Positions 1 to 12,419 of a DNA stretch of 64,000 bases are shown in pieces. The notes beneath the pieces were generated by a model that saw nothing but the letters and a program-made list of their open reading frames with translations, had not been told where the DNA came from and ran no database searches. The stretch's first letter is position 1; each line of letters opens with the position of its first letter. The stretch lies in the NCBI GenBank assembly GCA_976551045.1, contig CDPCPM010000009.1, positions 2,976,001 to 3,040,000 of the forward strand. Reading direction: 5' to 3'. The stretch comes from Glaucostegus cemiculus (lineage: Eukaryota). The position numbers were made by a program, and so were the translations under genes.

Positions 1-2767
1 ATTTTCTTTTGACTTGAAGGTCTTGTGTAGTATTTCTAAATCATTTTCTTTTACTTTAGATTTCCAACATTTACAGTCTTTTATTTTTGTCAGATCTCCT
101 GAAACTAGATATAAACAACTAGAGATAAAAAATGTATGAAAACATTGTTTTCCATCACATAGGCAGGATATCCTGATTTGGCTAGCATTGCTATGAAGGC
201 TTTTTTTTGTGTTTACCTTCTTGCTAGATTTTGATGAGAATGTCAGGAATAGTTAACATAATTTTTCAATAAAGTCACTTCTATATCTGCCTCTATTTAT
301 GTTTAGTCCTAAAGAATTAATCTCAAATATATACATAAAGTATTTTGAAATTGTATATTGACCTGTACACAGTAAATAGTTCTGTGGTGTATGTGTGTAT
401 AATCTACCTTTAAAACATCCAAGCAAGTTTGAGGTTATTTTTGCCACATTCTTCTCTTTAGGTTTTTTTTAGAAATTAAGTTTTCAATACTTCCAGAAGG
501 AATAATCTTATTTAACCAGTGATAATTCATTTACATGGTTTGCCCCCCTCTTTCCTTCATTGAGGAAATAGGAATGAAACAAGCTAGTAACAAAGCTTTG
601 GTGAACATAGCTCTACTTGCTAAAGCTTAAGCATGTGTGCAGACTGTTTCAATTCTGTTTTCTGTGTCACTTATTTGTTTTTTTGTGTGTTTTTTTTGTT
701 TAATATCTGCTTTTGTGGTCTCTTCTCATTCTTTCCCAGTACACTGCCTCATTTCTGCAGTTAATTAATAGCTTCTATGTTTATATATTATCAATTGATA
801 GTTGAGTTTGAATGTGAAGAACGACTCATCACGTGAGTTGAATGCTATGGCTATTTTTTTTTGTTTGTTGAAGTAGAGGATTGATGAACCAATTATTCCT
901 TTCAGTAAATTTCTGATGGGAAATATGTAATAGAGTTTCCTGTTTCATGAAGCAATTTAAGTAAATTCACTGTGATTCATCTTGCATCTGTCTTGTGGTA
1001 TCTGTTAATTACAATTAGAACATTGTGGATATGAAATTAGTTTGTATCACATTCTTTGGGCACTGTGAGAGCTTTTATAGAGTTCATCATGGTGTTTACT
1101 GTTACATGATTCATGTTTTTATTACATATGCATTCAGATTGTTGGTAAGTGAATGATAAACTGAGCAGTGTCTGGGAGGCGCACTTAATGCGGAGTGGGA
1201 CTTAAAAATGCTGTGGTGCACCTGTCTAAGAATTGCAACTGACTTCGGGCAGTACAGGTTAGCTTTAAGTGTGCTAGCTACTTATGACACTCTCCTCTTG
1301 CAGAAGTGTTCAGCTAATCAATGCAGCATGCACCGATTGATACTATTATATTAGTAAGCTGCATAAAGATATTGTGCTGTCTTTAACACTGAAAGGCCAT
1401 GTGTCAATTGTGCAGTGTAGCCACGTGCTGCTTTTGGGAGTGTCATCAAATTTAGCCTGCAAAATTTATATTAGCCTCATGTTTGGAAAGTTCAACTAAG
1501 AACAAAATGAATAGATGAAATGAGAATTCTTCTTGGCCTTAGTGTGTTTTAAATTTGAAAGTTGGGATTTTTAAATTCATTTATTCTTTGGATATACAAT
1601 ATTGCTTTTTGCTTATAGCTCATTTCCTGACTGCAGATATTGTAATTCATAATGTGCAAATATCTTTAAAAACTTTACAAAGAACTGTGAGTAATTGCTT
1701 TCCTTAGGATAAACAGAATTTGGTGATCAATTACATTATGAGTAACTGATCTTTTGGAATGAATACAGAGCATGGACCACGGAAAGTCGATATTTGTGGT
1801 TGTACCATGCAAGCTGTCAATATCTTGTTGGAGGACTTGTGGCAATAATACCTCCACCTTTCACTCATGTAACTCTGAAAATTGCCCACCAGCTTCTATT
1901 GACAGTGGAGAATTTATTCATTCTATATTACCAGCTGCAAGCAACAGTACTTGCTGTCAATATTGAACTGGGCAGTTACTAATAAATACAAAAGTAAAAT
2001 ACTACAGATGCTGAACCACTTTTTAAAAAAACACTGCTTGACCTGATGAGTGTTTTCAGTCTGTTTGTAGAGAACTTGAGTTTTTGTGCGTCATTCTACC
2101 TTAGTATGTCACAGAACCCTTTCTCCCTGTGCTACCATGACGACGGAATAATAGCAAGTTGGGATAATCAGTGATTGGCATTATCATCATAATACTCCAA
2201 AGGTTACTGCTGTATCATTACGTCATTCTCATAACATATCCTATTTCAGATTTGAGAGGGCTTTTTTAAATCTTAATGGATTACAAAATAAACAAAAATT
2301 AATCAGGAACTTCAGTCTGAATAAATAGAACTTAAAACTTCAATCAGATTTTCTGACTGGTGTAATAATAAATATTATGTCTTTTTGATCTCCATCTTTT
2401 TGTTTATTAATATGCTCTGGTGCGGACATAATGGGTTAAATGACTGCCTCTGTGAAGCAACTATTCTACGATTCATTGAATAAAAGTGAAGTGAATTTTA
2501 TCGTATCATTAGCAATTGCTTTAGATAATTTGTATTCCTGCTTATTTAATCTAGAGAATCTAGTGTCCAGTTTTCTCTTTTAATTTTATGGCTGTATTTT
2601 CAGTAAAAACATTAAACTATGTAGAACATTAGTTTTTGAAAGAAGTATCAAAAGTATGCACAAAGACGCAACCTGTGTACCTAATAATTTGTAATGTTCA
2701 TTTAGTGAATTTGGTAGTGCTCCCTCCTTTGCAATTCTAATTCTATGTTTGCTTTTTTTTAAAACAG

Positions 2768-2900
2768 GAACACTCACTTGCTCTTGAACAACCAAAATTA
2801 GATGTTGGAGAAGAGAAATTGTCCAGACAGGAACAGAGCAAAATCAACCCCTTAGGGAGACGAGCAGAAGAATTTCTCAATGCTGTACTTCAGAAAAGAG
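2768..2900 (+). CDS. LCOR: LCOR/PALI1 shared internal coding exon (N-terminal region upstream of the MxRMI methionine)
   Basis: Acceptor tttttttaaaacag| and donor |gtaaat. 133 nt, phase 0 to 1, open: EHSLALEQPKLDVGEEKLSRQEQSKINPLGRRAEEFLNAVLQKR. It resembles the LCOR/LCORL segment '[13 protein letters not shown]' and joins the next exon in frame (g|at = D). Not in the ORF track. Confidence 0.88.
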
Positions 2901-2997
2901 GTAAATCATTCCAATAGCTATTATTGTGAACTATATTCCTTCCTGTGAAAGGGATACTTTAGAAGCTACATCCTATACTGTTTTTGTTTCTGTATTT

Positions 2998-3260
2998 TAG
3001 AACATAGAGCAGTATAAAACAGAACAGGCCCTTTGGCCCACAATGATGTGCCGACATAGCTATTCCCTCCTACCTACAGAATGCCTATATCCCTCTATTT
3101 TCCTCTCATTCATGTGCCCATTCAAGCCCCCCTTAAAAGCCCCCAATGAATTTGCCTCCACCACCCTATCAGGCAATGCATTCCAGGCATCCACAGCTCT
3201 CTCAGTGGAAAAAAAAGTACCCCCTGCCTGTTCTGAACCTACCCCCTCTAGCTTTAAGTG
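2998..3260 (-). mobile_element. CR1/HER1 LINE 3' fragment
   Basis: Minus-strand ORF FFSTERAVDAWNALPDRVVEANSLGAFKGGLNGHM is the CR1 ORF2 C-terminus. It is followed by the typical gggccaaagggcctgttctg...ctatgttcta tail. Confidence 0.88.
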
Positions 3261-3429
3261 CAAGTTTCTAAGTACTTTACAAAGTAATTGAGAATGCTTT
3301 TAGGAAGTTGTGCCAGTTTAAGGTGTAACATGTGAAAATTACCTGAATCTTGTAAACGGACATTTGTTAGGAATAAATGATAGTTAATCTATCTCACAAC
3401 CACTTTAACAATCCGTATTGTTAACTATC

Positions 3430-4035
3430 CATATCGTTATGGACAACTATGCAGCCTCAGTCAGAGGTGATCGCATCATCCTCTCGAGACACATCCAGCT
3501 AGCTTACTAGGTTTCATTCATTCTGATCATGGCCATAGAATCACCTGCATTGGCTTCTTTTCATTCACTGTTATCTCTCGTATTCCCTGAGGTTCTAGCC
3601 TTAATCCTTTCTTATTACTCATCTTCATGCTGCTGCATAGTAAATGATTCAAAAATACAGCATCATTTTCTGTACCAGCAACACGTAACTCCTTGTCACC
3701 ACTGCTCCTTGATGCCTCCATTGTATTTAGATTATTGGTCTACTTGTGCAATATTCCATTACCAGTTGAGCAACAATTTGCTTCAGTGCCCGCCACAGCC
3801 TCAGTTCCCTCTTCGTGGTAATGGCTAGAAAATGAACAAATTGTTTGCAATCTTGATGTAAAATTTGATCCAGAGATGAGTGATGGATCGCATGTCCACT
3901 TTATGAACATTTCTAGGTTTGCCCTACTCCACCCCTGCCTTAGTTTGTCTGCTGCTGAAATTATTATTCAGCTCTTGGTAGCCTTTAAACAGTCCTCATT
4001 CTATCTATTCTAACTTTTAAGTCATCCAAGGTCTA
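3430..4035 (+). mobile_element. Highly decayed L2-like LINE RT fragment
   Basis: Degenerate nucleotide similarity to the L2 RT region (ccctgaggttctagcctt..cttcatgctgc..catcattttctgtaccagcaacac). No intact ORF. Confidence 0.45.
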
Positions 4036-4257
4036 TTGGGAGTGGCTACCTTTGATCTTTAAAGACTGTAATCCTTTTTGTGTTCAATGCATTCAGATTT
4101 TTAATGTTGTTGTGGAGTTCGTGGTTTTGCTAAATGCATATTGTTGGGGGGGAATGCCAGTATTGATTTGGCACTTTTGACTGCTGGAGTTACCAGTGAA
4201 GATGTTTGTGAAGCTTGAAGCCTGAACATTGCTAGTTGTCAGTTTGGTTCACCGTCA

Positions 4258-5200
4258 TTGTCGTCTTAGGCAGACAGTTAGGATCAGTGAGAGTGGAAGT
4301 AAGCCAGTTTTGTGGGTTCTGTGGTTCTGAATGAAGCCAATATGGGAACCACGGAATCTTCCACAGATGAGGCAGGTGGTGGCCAATGGGGTGGGTGAGT
4401 GGGATGGTCCTGCTCTGCTCTGTGTGATCCCAGTGTTTTTAATACCATTCTAAATGCTTCTCCTCCACTTTGAGTAGTCATGAGCCAGAAATTTTCAGGA
4501 GCCAGTGTGGATGTTGTATTTCTTCAAGGAGGATTTAGAATCTTTTCCTCCTTTGGTCTGCTAATTTCTTTCCTTGACTGTGTTCAGAAAAGAGTTCTAT
4601 TTGAGAGTCTGGTGTCATGCATTTGAGCAAAGTGACTCACCCAATGTAGAGAACTGAGTGCATTAGGGTCTCGATCCTGCAGATGTTGGCTCAGGAGAAG
4701 ACCTTGATGTCAGGTCGTTTCTTCTTTCCTTGAAATCGGATTTTTTTTTTGGAGACAGGATTGGTGGAATTTTTCCGGTACCTTGAGATGCCTGCTGTAG
4801 GTAATTCAGATCTCAGAAGCCTGTGGAAGGCAGGGATCCCTGCTCCCTGGCAGACCTAGAGTTTTGTGCCAGGTCAGAGGTCCTTTTCCTCATTTGACCA
4901 AAGGTTGTGGTCATGTATTGAAGATGCTGGTGAATTTCATCACTGACATCTCCCTTTACCAAAAGTTGGCTCCTGAGTTTGGAAAGTGGTCCATGTTTTC
5001 CAGGGTGAATGTTATTGTTGGAAGGAAGTGTGGTGCAGCAGGGGCAGGTTGGGAAGGGGCCCTTTCCCTTGCAGATGTTAAGGGAAAGGCCCATCCTCTA
5101 GTATGCTTCAGTGAAAGCTTCGACGAAGGCTTGGAGATTGGTCTCCTATACTGCAGCTCAATTATTGAAGGTATAGTAGATTTCAAGTGGTAGGACTCTG
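4258..5200 (-). mobile_element. RTE (BovB-like) LINE 3' fragment
   Basis: Minus-strand peptides GLSLNICKGK, TLENMDHFP and DVSDEIHQHLQ match the RTE RT C-terminal region. The RTE-type 3' tail lies near 4260. Confidence 0.8.
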
Positions 5201-5559
5201 GATGATTATTTTATCCTATTATGATTATTTTGCAAAATCCTCAGTAGCTCCTGTTGATCATACATGATCCAAGTTTGCCATTAAATATCTGATTAAGGAT
5301 TATTGTAGTGTTGAAAGGGTATTCCATCAGGAGGGCATGATGAACATAAGTACTCAATACCAACCAGCCTATTGCTAATACAGAGTGGCCACATTGCTAA
5401 GTGCACAAAAGCTGAGTAAAATTCAGATTTTGGTGAGAGTGGGAATTTAGTACAGCGGAGTAGGTTTTATTTTGGCTCCAATGTAGGGTGATTCATTCAA
5501 TGTTTCAAAGTTTTGTCCAGGGTTTAGTACAAAGTACAACTTAGTGTGTATAAATGCAA

Positions 5560-6460
5560 GAAAGAACGTTTATGTTGTGACCAGCATCTTAAGAAAGAGA
5601 GGAGGCAAGAAGTCCACTTTTAAGAATAATAAGTTAAATGAAAGGAAAGGACCTCAAGGGTTATAATCTTGAGATTAATATCTGAACCATGAGGAAATTG
5701 ACATAGGAATAAGGAGATCAGTAAAGGCAAGCAGATGGCTAAAGAAAGTGTTCAAATAGTTTCTCACATCATGGGATTCTAGCACAAGCACCTCCATACA
5801 ATGGTTCTACCTAAATTGCATTAAGACTAAGATCCAGGCAAAAATGGTGGTTAGGATGGTTGTAAGGAGTATAGCATAGCATTACCTGGACTACTAAGGG
5901 TTAAACTATAAGGAGAGATACCTTAGCATTGTATTCCATGGAATTTCAAATTTTTAAGGTATTGAACGGAACTTAAGGTGAAACTATTTTTGCTGGATTG
6001 GGAGTTCAATACATGTTCTAAAAATTAGATCAGGACATTTGGGAGTAAAATTTAAAACTTCTACGTGTACTGTAGAACTCTAATAATCTGCTATCTGACT
6101 GGAAATTCCGATAGTTCAGCAGCTAACCTGGGTTCTGATTCCCATACTCCCTTTCCTCTCACCAGGGCACCAGTTCTCTTGCTTTCTTGAGCTTATTGGA
6201 AAATTTATTGTTCTATTGTATGCTATCTAAAAATAATGAATTAAAAGTATGATGGAGTGTTAATAAAACAACATCTGATTGTCCAGGAAATTTTGTTGGT
6301 ATGGCTTTGCCAAAGTTCCAAGTGTGTTTAGATTAATAGAGATTACTGTACATAGAAGTTTTTTAACAATGTGTATTAAAGGGCAAGAGTAGGTACATTT
6401 ATTTAGGTCCTTAATTTTATTGAATAGTGGAACAGGTCAGTAGGAGGGAAATGGTTTTGG
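5560..6460 (+). mobile_element. Decayed CR1 fragment interrupted by a MITE
   Basis: Degenerate CR1 ORF2 end (actaagggttaaactataaggagagat...ttgtattccatggaattt) and tail (tgaatagtggaacagg). Confidence 0.55.
6070..6348. mobile_element. Tc1/pogo (Tigger-like) MITE
   Basis: Imperfect TIRs ctgtagaactctaataatct ... agattaatagagattactg, flanked by TA at 6068-6069 and 6349-6350. Confidence 0.65.
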
Positions 6461-6857
6461 TGATCTGTTGTTTCAGTGCTTATCTTAGTGCTTCACCTCC
6501 GTACATTGTTTCTGGCTTTGTTGACATTGGCAGGTGTTTTTTTTCCCATAGCTAAGTAAATTTGTAATGTGCTCAGAAAACAAATGAAGATAGTTCACCA
6601 AAATGAAATGAGAAATTATTTAATTCCATGTTTTTTCTTGCCTTAGGATCCAACATTTTAATAAGCAATAAAATGACATGCCATGACAGTATATTTATTT
6701 TTAAGTAGTAATGCTCACATACTTTAATCAGAGTTGTGCTAAACTCTGACATAAACTAGATTCCTAGGCAGTGGTTCCTTTTCCTGTCTCTGGGAGGAAT
6801 TACATTTTTTAAAGGTTAAGCCAAGTAAAAGATTAAAATATCTTTTTTTTAAATGTG

Positions 6858-7150
6858 TGTCTGGTTTAATAAGTGTTCAAAACTAGAGGGCATAGGTTTA
6901 AAATGAGAGGGAGGATGATTAAAGGGGATCTGAGGGGAAAGTTCTTATGTTGGTATCTGGAATGAGCTGCCAGATGATGTGGTGGAGGCAGGAACAGTAA
7001 CAAAATTTAAGAAGCATCAGGACCGATACTTGCATGAGCAGGGAATAGAAGGATGTGGAATTAACGCAGGCAAGTGGGATTAGTATAGATAGGCATAGTG
7101 CAGCATAGAAGTGGTGGGCCAAAGGGCCTGTTTCTATGCTATACAATTCT
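6858..7150 (+). mobile_element. CR1/HER1 LINE 3' end
   Basis: aaaactagagggcataggtttaaaatgagaggg...tggaatgagctgccag...gggccaaagggcctgtttctatgctat, the standard elasmobranch CR1 3' end. Confidence 0.88.
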
Positions 7151-7327
7151 CATTATAAAACTGTTGCTTTTAGTCATCTCTGCAGTAAGCTCTTTTATTT
7201 TTAAATCCAGTACTTCAGCATTAAAGAAGTTGAAGAGAGAGAACGACAGCCCTTTGCCTCCACCTGTGTAAAATTTGCTGTATATTTTCAACAAACTGAG
7301 TACCATTTGCTTTTCTTCCCTTTGCAG

Positions 7328-7600
7328 ATAATCTGTGGGTTGTGGACCCTACTATTCCTTTAGTGGCTCGTAAGATTATGCATCGAATGATCAGGGAGTT
7401 TGCCGCTGAATATACCTCAAAAACTAGCACTTCTCAGGACTCTATTGTACTCTCCAGCACCAAGGACCAAAGTACATCTAAAACACCTGTGCTCGGTGCC
7501 AGTGCTCTAAATCCTGTTTTAAGCAAGTTGCTTATGGCTGATCAAGATAGACCATTGGACCTAACTGTAAAAAAGTCCATCTCTGAATCAGACAATCAAG
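7328..7600 (+). CDS. LCOR: LCOR/PALI1 shared exon with NR box and first CtBP motif
   Basis: Acceptor ttttcttccctttgcag| and donor |gtaagt. 273 nt, phase 1 to 1. Encodes DNLWVVDPTIPLVARKIMHRMIREFAAEYTSK...NPVLSKLLMADQDRPLDLTVKK, matching LCOR (MQRMIQQFAAEYTSK...NPVLSKLLMADQDSPLDLTVRK). LxxLL (LSKLL) at 7519-7533; PLDLT at 7552-7566. Confidence 0.97.
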
Positions 7601-7924
7601 GTAAGTCAAAGTTAGTCTTTTAACTGTAATTCAATAAAAATGCTGAAATACTCATTGGGTCTGGTAACAAAAGTAGAGAGCAAATTTGTTTCAGATCAAA
7701 TCATTAGCAGTCAGGCTATCAATCCAGAGTGTTGGCTCTGTTTCTTTCTCCACCTGCACTGCCTGACTTGCAGAGTAAAGGCTTTGTTTTTATTTGATTC
7801 CAATATTCACAGTATTTTACTTGTTCGTTTTGTACTAGAACTTCAATTGTGTGAGCGCGCGCACACACACACACTCTCTCTCTCTCTTGTATGTAGGCGA
7901 TGCTTACATTTGTATGTGCTCAGA

Positions 7925-8830
7925 GGCTGAGCTCCAAACCATTGTAAACACCTCCACAGCAGCGTAAAAGAAGATGGGCCTTGTACTCAACCTCCACAAG
8001 TCAAAGATCCTCTCCTAACCTGTCCCTGTTGCCCACACTGCCCTCTGACAATAAAAGTTCATGGCAACACCCTGGAAAACATGGACAACTTCACATATCT
8101 GACAGTCCATCTTTCAGTAAAGGCAAACATTGATGATTCATAGCATCTACGTGGCATTTGATCAACTGAGGAAAAGGATACTTGAAGGTCAAAATGTTCA
8201 GTTTAGTACAAAACTGTTGGTCTATCAGGATGAAGTGATTCCTGCTTTCCTATATGTTCCTGAGACCTGTACCACCTATGTCAGACATTTCAAGGTACTG
8301 AAGTAAAAATCCACCAAGACTGTCTGCAGAATCCTTCAAATTCACGGGAAGGATAAAGAAAACCAGCGTCAGTGTCCTCTTGCGCCAGTGTCCCCAGCTT
8401 TGAGGTCATAGTTGCACTCAGTCAGTCAGGCTACATCATTCACATGTCTGATACCAGATTCCCGAGACAGACATTCTATTCGGAGCTCTGTTATGGGAAG
8501 AAATGACCAAGCAGTGAAGAGAGGATTCAAGGATGTGATCAAAACCGCCTTGATGAAATGGAAATCCTGGTTGACCCCTGGGAATCTTTGGCTCAAGATC
8601 ACAGCATCTGGTGTGGCATTGAGAACCTTTTGGGAGCACTTGGAGGCCATGAGGAAGGGTGGAAGGAGCAGAACTCACAATGTACTCATCTGCTGGCCAA
8701 CGGGCCACCACCTGCCTCAGCTGTGGAAGAGTCTGCAGTTCCCACATTGGCCTCATTCACCACCAGAACCTACAAAACTGGAGTAGGTTTTGATCCTCAT
8801 CTTTGATCCTGAGGGAATGCCCAAGAGATT
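7925..8830 (+). mobile_element. RTE (BovB-like) LINE 3' fragment, inverted relative to 4258-5200
   Basis: Encodes IKVHGNTLENMDNFTYL and KRGFKDVIKTALMKW. Its 3' segment ggccaccacctgcctcagctgtggaagagt... matches the reverse complement of 4300-4385. Confidence 0.82.
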
Positions 8831-10226
8831 TGAATGTTACTGTATGCACATATTCATGCATATGTGTATATATGTAATATTTTCTATAACTTACCATAGC
8901 TTTTCCGATGGGGATATTGGAGTGTAGTGATTTTGTTAGTCTTTTTTATTTCAAAACATGCTCTGGTTTGCAATGGATTTTTTTTTTGATAACTGACATT
9001 TGGGAGGGCCTAAGTTTTATGTCCTACGTTCTAATATAATGTCAAGGATGTTATAAATTTCACATGATTTTTCATTATATAAAAACAATGGAATGGGTTT
9101 TAATTGGAGACTGTGGTTTTCAAACTGAAGTGTTAAAATTATATGCAAACATTTACTGCCCTTCCCCTCATTTATTTTAAAAATAAAGCCTTAATTTTCC
9201 TATCTGGAACTTGGAGGGTGGTTTCAATGTCCCTCATTAAATCCCCTATCCTTTATGGAAGTTTAAGACGAATTGCAGTTCATATTTGTTTATCAGGTCT
9301 GTAAAGGAATAGTGGCAGATATTCAAACAGCTGGTCTATACTGCTCAGCAGGAGCTTATCCCAATCAAAAAGAGGGATTTCATGAGAAAGAAGCACAATC
9401 CTTGGTTAACAAAGGAGGTAAGGGATAATGTTGAAATGAAGTATATAAAGTGGCAAAGGCTAGTGGTAGATCAGATAACTGGGAATTTTTTGTGATCCAG
9501 CAGCAGAAGACAAGAAACAACACAAGAAGGGAGAAAATGAATTTTGAGAGAGAGCTTGCATGTACTATAAAAACAAACAGTGCAAGTGTCTATGGATATA
9601 TAAATAGGAAGAGGGAGACTGAAGTGATTAGATGAGCTAATTTCAAATAACATGGTAGAACTAAGAAAAATCCCAATTGCAAAGGATAAAGTATTGGAGA
9701 AATGTGGGGGGTCTATAGGCAGACAAGTCACTCGGACCCCATGGACTGCATGCTAGGGTTTTAAAGGAAGTGGCTGCAGAGATGATGGGCCATTGGTTGA
9801 AATTTTTTGTAACTTGCTAAATTCCAGAGGGTACCAGGAGATTGAAAAACAATCAGTGTGACTCCCCTGTTCAAAAAAAAAGAGAAAGCAGAGAACTGCA
9901 AGCCATTTAGATTAAACAGCTATTATTGACGAGATGCTAGATTCAATAATTAGAGAGGAAATAGCTAATCATTCAGGAAAGCTGAATATAATTAAACCAA
10001 GTCAACATTGTTTTATGAAAGGTAAATGATGTTTGATAAATTGGCTTGAATTCTTTGAGGATGTAACGGTGGAGCTGATAGAGAGCGAATTGTTGGTGTA
10101 GTGTAAAAAAAAAGGCATTTAACAAGATACCACATAGGAGTGCATAAATTTAAAAGCCTCTGGTATCAGAAGAAGTGTCAGGATGGATTGAAAACTGGCC
10201 ATCTCGCAGAAAACAGAATAAATGGG

Positions 10227-10611
10227 ATGTGTCCTCTTACTAGCATTGGGGAGGAGGTACAGGAGCCTGAAGACCCACACTCAATGATTCAGGAATGATT
10301 TCTTCCCCTCCAACATCAGATGAACACTACCTCATTATTCTGGGGTTTTTTTCCACACTTTATTTTGTGATTTATAGTAATTTTTATGACTTTGCACTGT
10401 ACTGTTGCCAAAAAAACAACAACCTTCACATCATCAGAGACACGACATTCTGCAGATGCTGGAATCTGGAGTAACACGCACAAAATGCTGGAGGAACTCA
10501 GCAGGTCAGGCAGCATCCATTGGAAGAAAATAAACAGTTGATGTTTTGGGTCGAGATCCTTCATCAGGACATATTTCACATTATATGTTAGTGAGAATAA
10601 ACCTGATTCTG
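10227..10611 (+). mobile_element. Rex1/Babar LINE 3' fragment inserted in CR1
   Basis: gggaggaggtacaggagcctgaagacccacactcaa..ttcttcccctcc (GRRYRSLKTHTQ..FFPS), tail gagaataaacctgattctga, and a 7-bp flanking duplication aaatggg (10220-10226 and 10612-10618). Confidence 0.75.
10436..10570 (-). mobile_element. Penelope-like terminal-repeat fragment with decayed hammerhead motif
   Basis: tgcagatgctggaatctgg...tgctggaggaactcagcaggtcaggcagcatc. The minus strand reads gtcCTGATGAaggatctcgacccAAAACatc. Confidence 0.7.
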
Positions 10612-12419
10612 AAATGGGTCCTTTTCAGACTAGGAGGCGTTAACTAGTGGAGTACAGCAGGGATCAATTTTTGCCCCTCAATGTTTGATTATTTGCATTA
10701 ATGAAATGGAGGATTGGACATTTGTAAGGTTTTCAAATTTGCGGCTAATAAGAAAATGGGCGGAAGGGCACATTGCGATAGGATACTGTGATTCTGCAAC
10801 TGGATATAATTGAGTGAGTGGGCAGAAGTGACAAATGGAGTTTAATGTGGGGGAAGTCTGAGGTCATGCACTTTGGTAAGTGAAATCAAAAGGCAGATTA
10901 TTATATTATGGAGAAAGGCTGAAAGCTACAGTGGGATCTAGATGTTCTAGTACATGGATCATAAATAGCAGTTGGGTCCAACAAGTAGTTAAGAAGGCAA
11001 ATGGCAAAGGGGTTAGAGTTTTAAAAATAGGAATGTTTTGTTGCAATTGTGCAGGGTGTTAGTGAGGCCTCACCTGGAATACTGTGAACAGTTTTGGTTA
11101 TCTTACCTTAAAAATAACAACATAGTAACGTTGCAGGCAATCCAAAGGAAATTCACCAGGCACCTGGGATGACAAGGTTGTCCTACCAAGTGAGACAAAA
11201 TAGGTTGGGCCTGTATTCCTTGGAGTTTAGAAGAATGAGAGGTGACCTTATTCAAACATAAGATCTTAAGGGGGCTTGATAGAGTAAATGTTGGCATGTT
11301 TCCACTAGTGGGAGAGTCTCGAACAAGGGGATATAATTACAAGATAAGGGGCTGGTCACTTAAAACAGGTATGTAGAAATTTCTTCTTGCAGAGAGTGGT
11401 GAATCTTTGGAATTCTGTCTCTGGAGGGTAGTGGAAGCTGGCTCATTAGATGTATTTAAAGTGGCGGTGGATAAATACTTTATAGATTGAGGAATAGAGG
11501 GGTATGGAGAAATGGCACAAGAGTCGAGGCCAGCATAGATAAATTTATGATCATATTAAGCTGCGGACCAGGCTTGAAGGGCCTGATGTCCAACTCCTCT
11601 TCCATTTTTATTATGTTCTTGCTACAGTCCTTACATCTAAATCTCTTAGAACAAATGAGTGATTTCAATGTTTATTTGATAAGTAGTATATAACTATGCA
11701 ATATAAACAAGGAAAGTTATTAGCTTGAAGCATGAATTTCAAATTGCTTTTTCAATTCGAGACCAGGCATTGTTTTATAAGAGATTTTTGTGACTGCAAG
11801 TAATAGTTCACGCATGATGCCAGTTCAGGATTTTTGCTCTTTGCATGGCAATGTAGACGACAGGCAGATTTGGTCACAGCCCATGCCCAGCAGATGTTAC
11901 TTAAAAGATGACAAAAAGTCAGAGTAGCTATCAGTGGCGAACCTTCAGTTTTTAACTTTGACCCATATGGCAGCACCATGTGGATATAAATGCTGTTACC
12001 TCAGTGGACCAGAACAAGCCCTATCCATGATGCAGCTGAAAAAAATCTTGACAGCTGGCAAAGCTACAATTCCTGATTATAGCAATTGGACATGTTCAAG
12101 AACATTCAAATTTATCTTGTAAAAATAATTTTTTCTATGAATTATTAAAAACTAAATGACAAACCCGAACACTTTGGAACTCAAGGACATTTAACTAAAC
12201 TTGTTTAACATTAATTTGCTTAAAATTAACCCTGGTTCCTTGCAGCCATTTTAACCTGTTCAAACACTCCAGCATCAGATCACAATAATGGAAAGACTAG
12301 CCAAGAGTGGCCAAAAGGTTTAGGACTTCTGCGTTTGCACATGCATACACTTGAGTCCCAAACCTGGCGACACATAACTTCTGGCAATGACAGCAATTCC
12401 TCACAAAATTTGAGTCAGT

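Larger units (their letters stand above)
9290..11618 (+). mobile_element. CR1 LINE ORF2 remnant (RT region to 3' tail) with nested insertions
   Basis: Frameshifted RT motifs (kspGPHGLHARVLKEVA, SQHCFMKGK, LTSGVQQGS, VRPHLEYCEQFW) and a CR1 3' tail near 11560-11618. Confidence 0.88.

Noticed and set aside
215-256. Acceptor-like site followed by 'FDEN', resembling an upstream LCOR exon motif (WSFDENC)
   Set aside because: It reads FDENVRNS* with an immediate stop, no flanking similarity and no donor. The real exon must lie upstream of the window.
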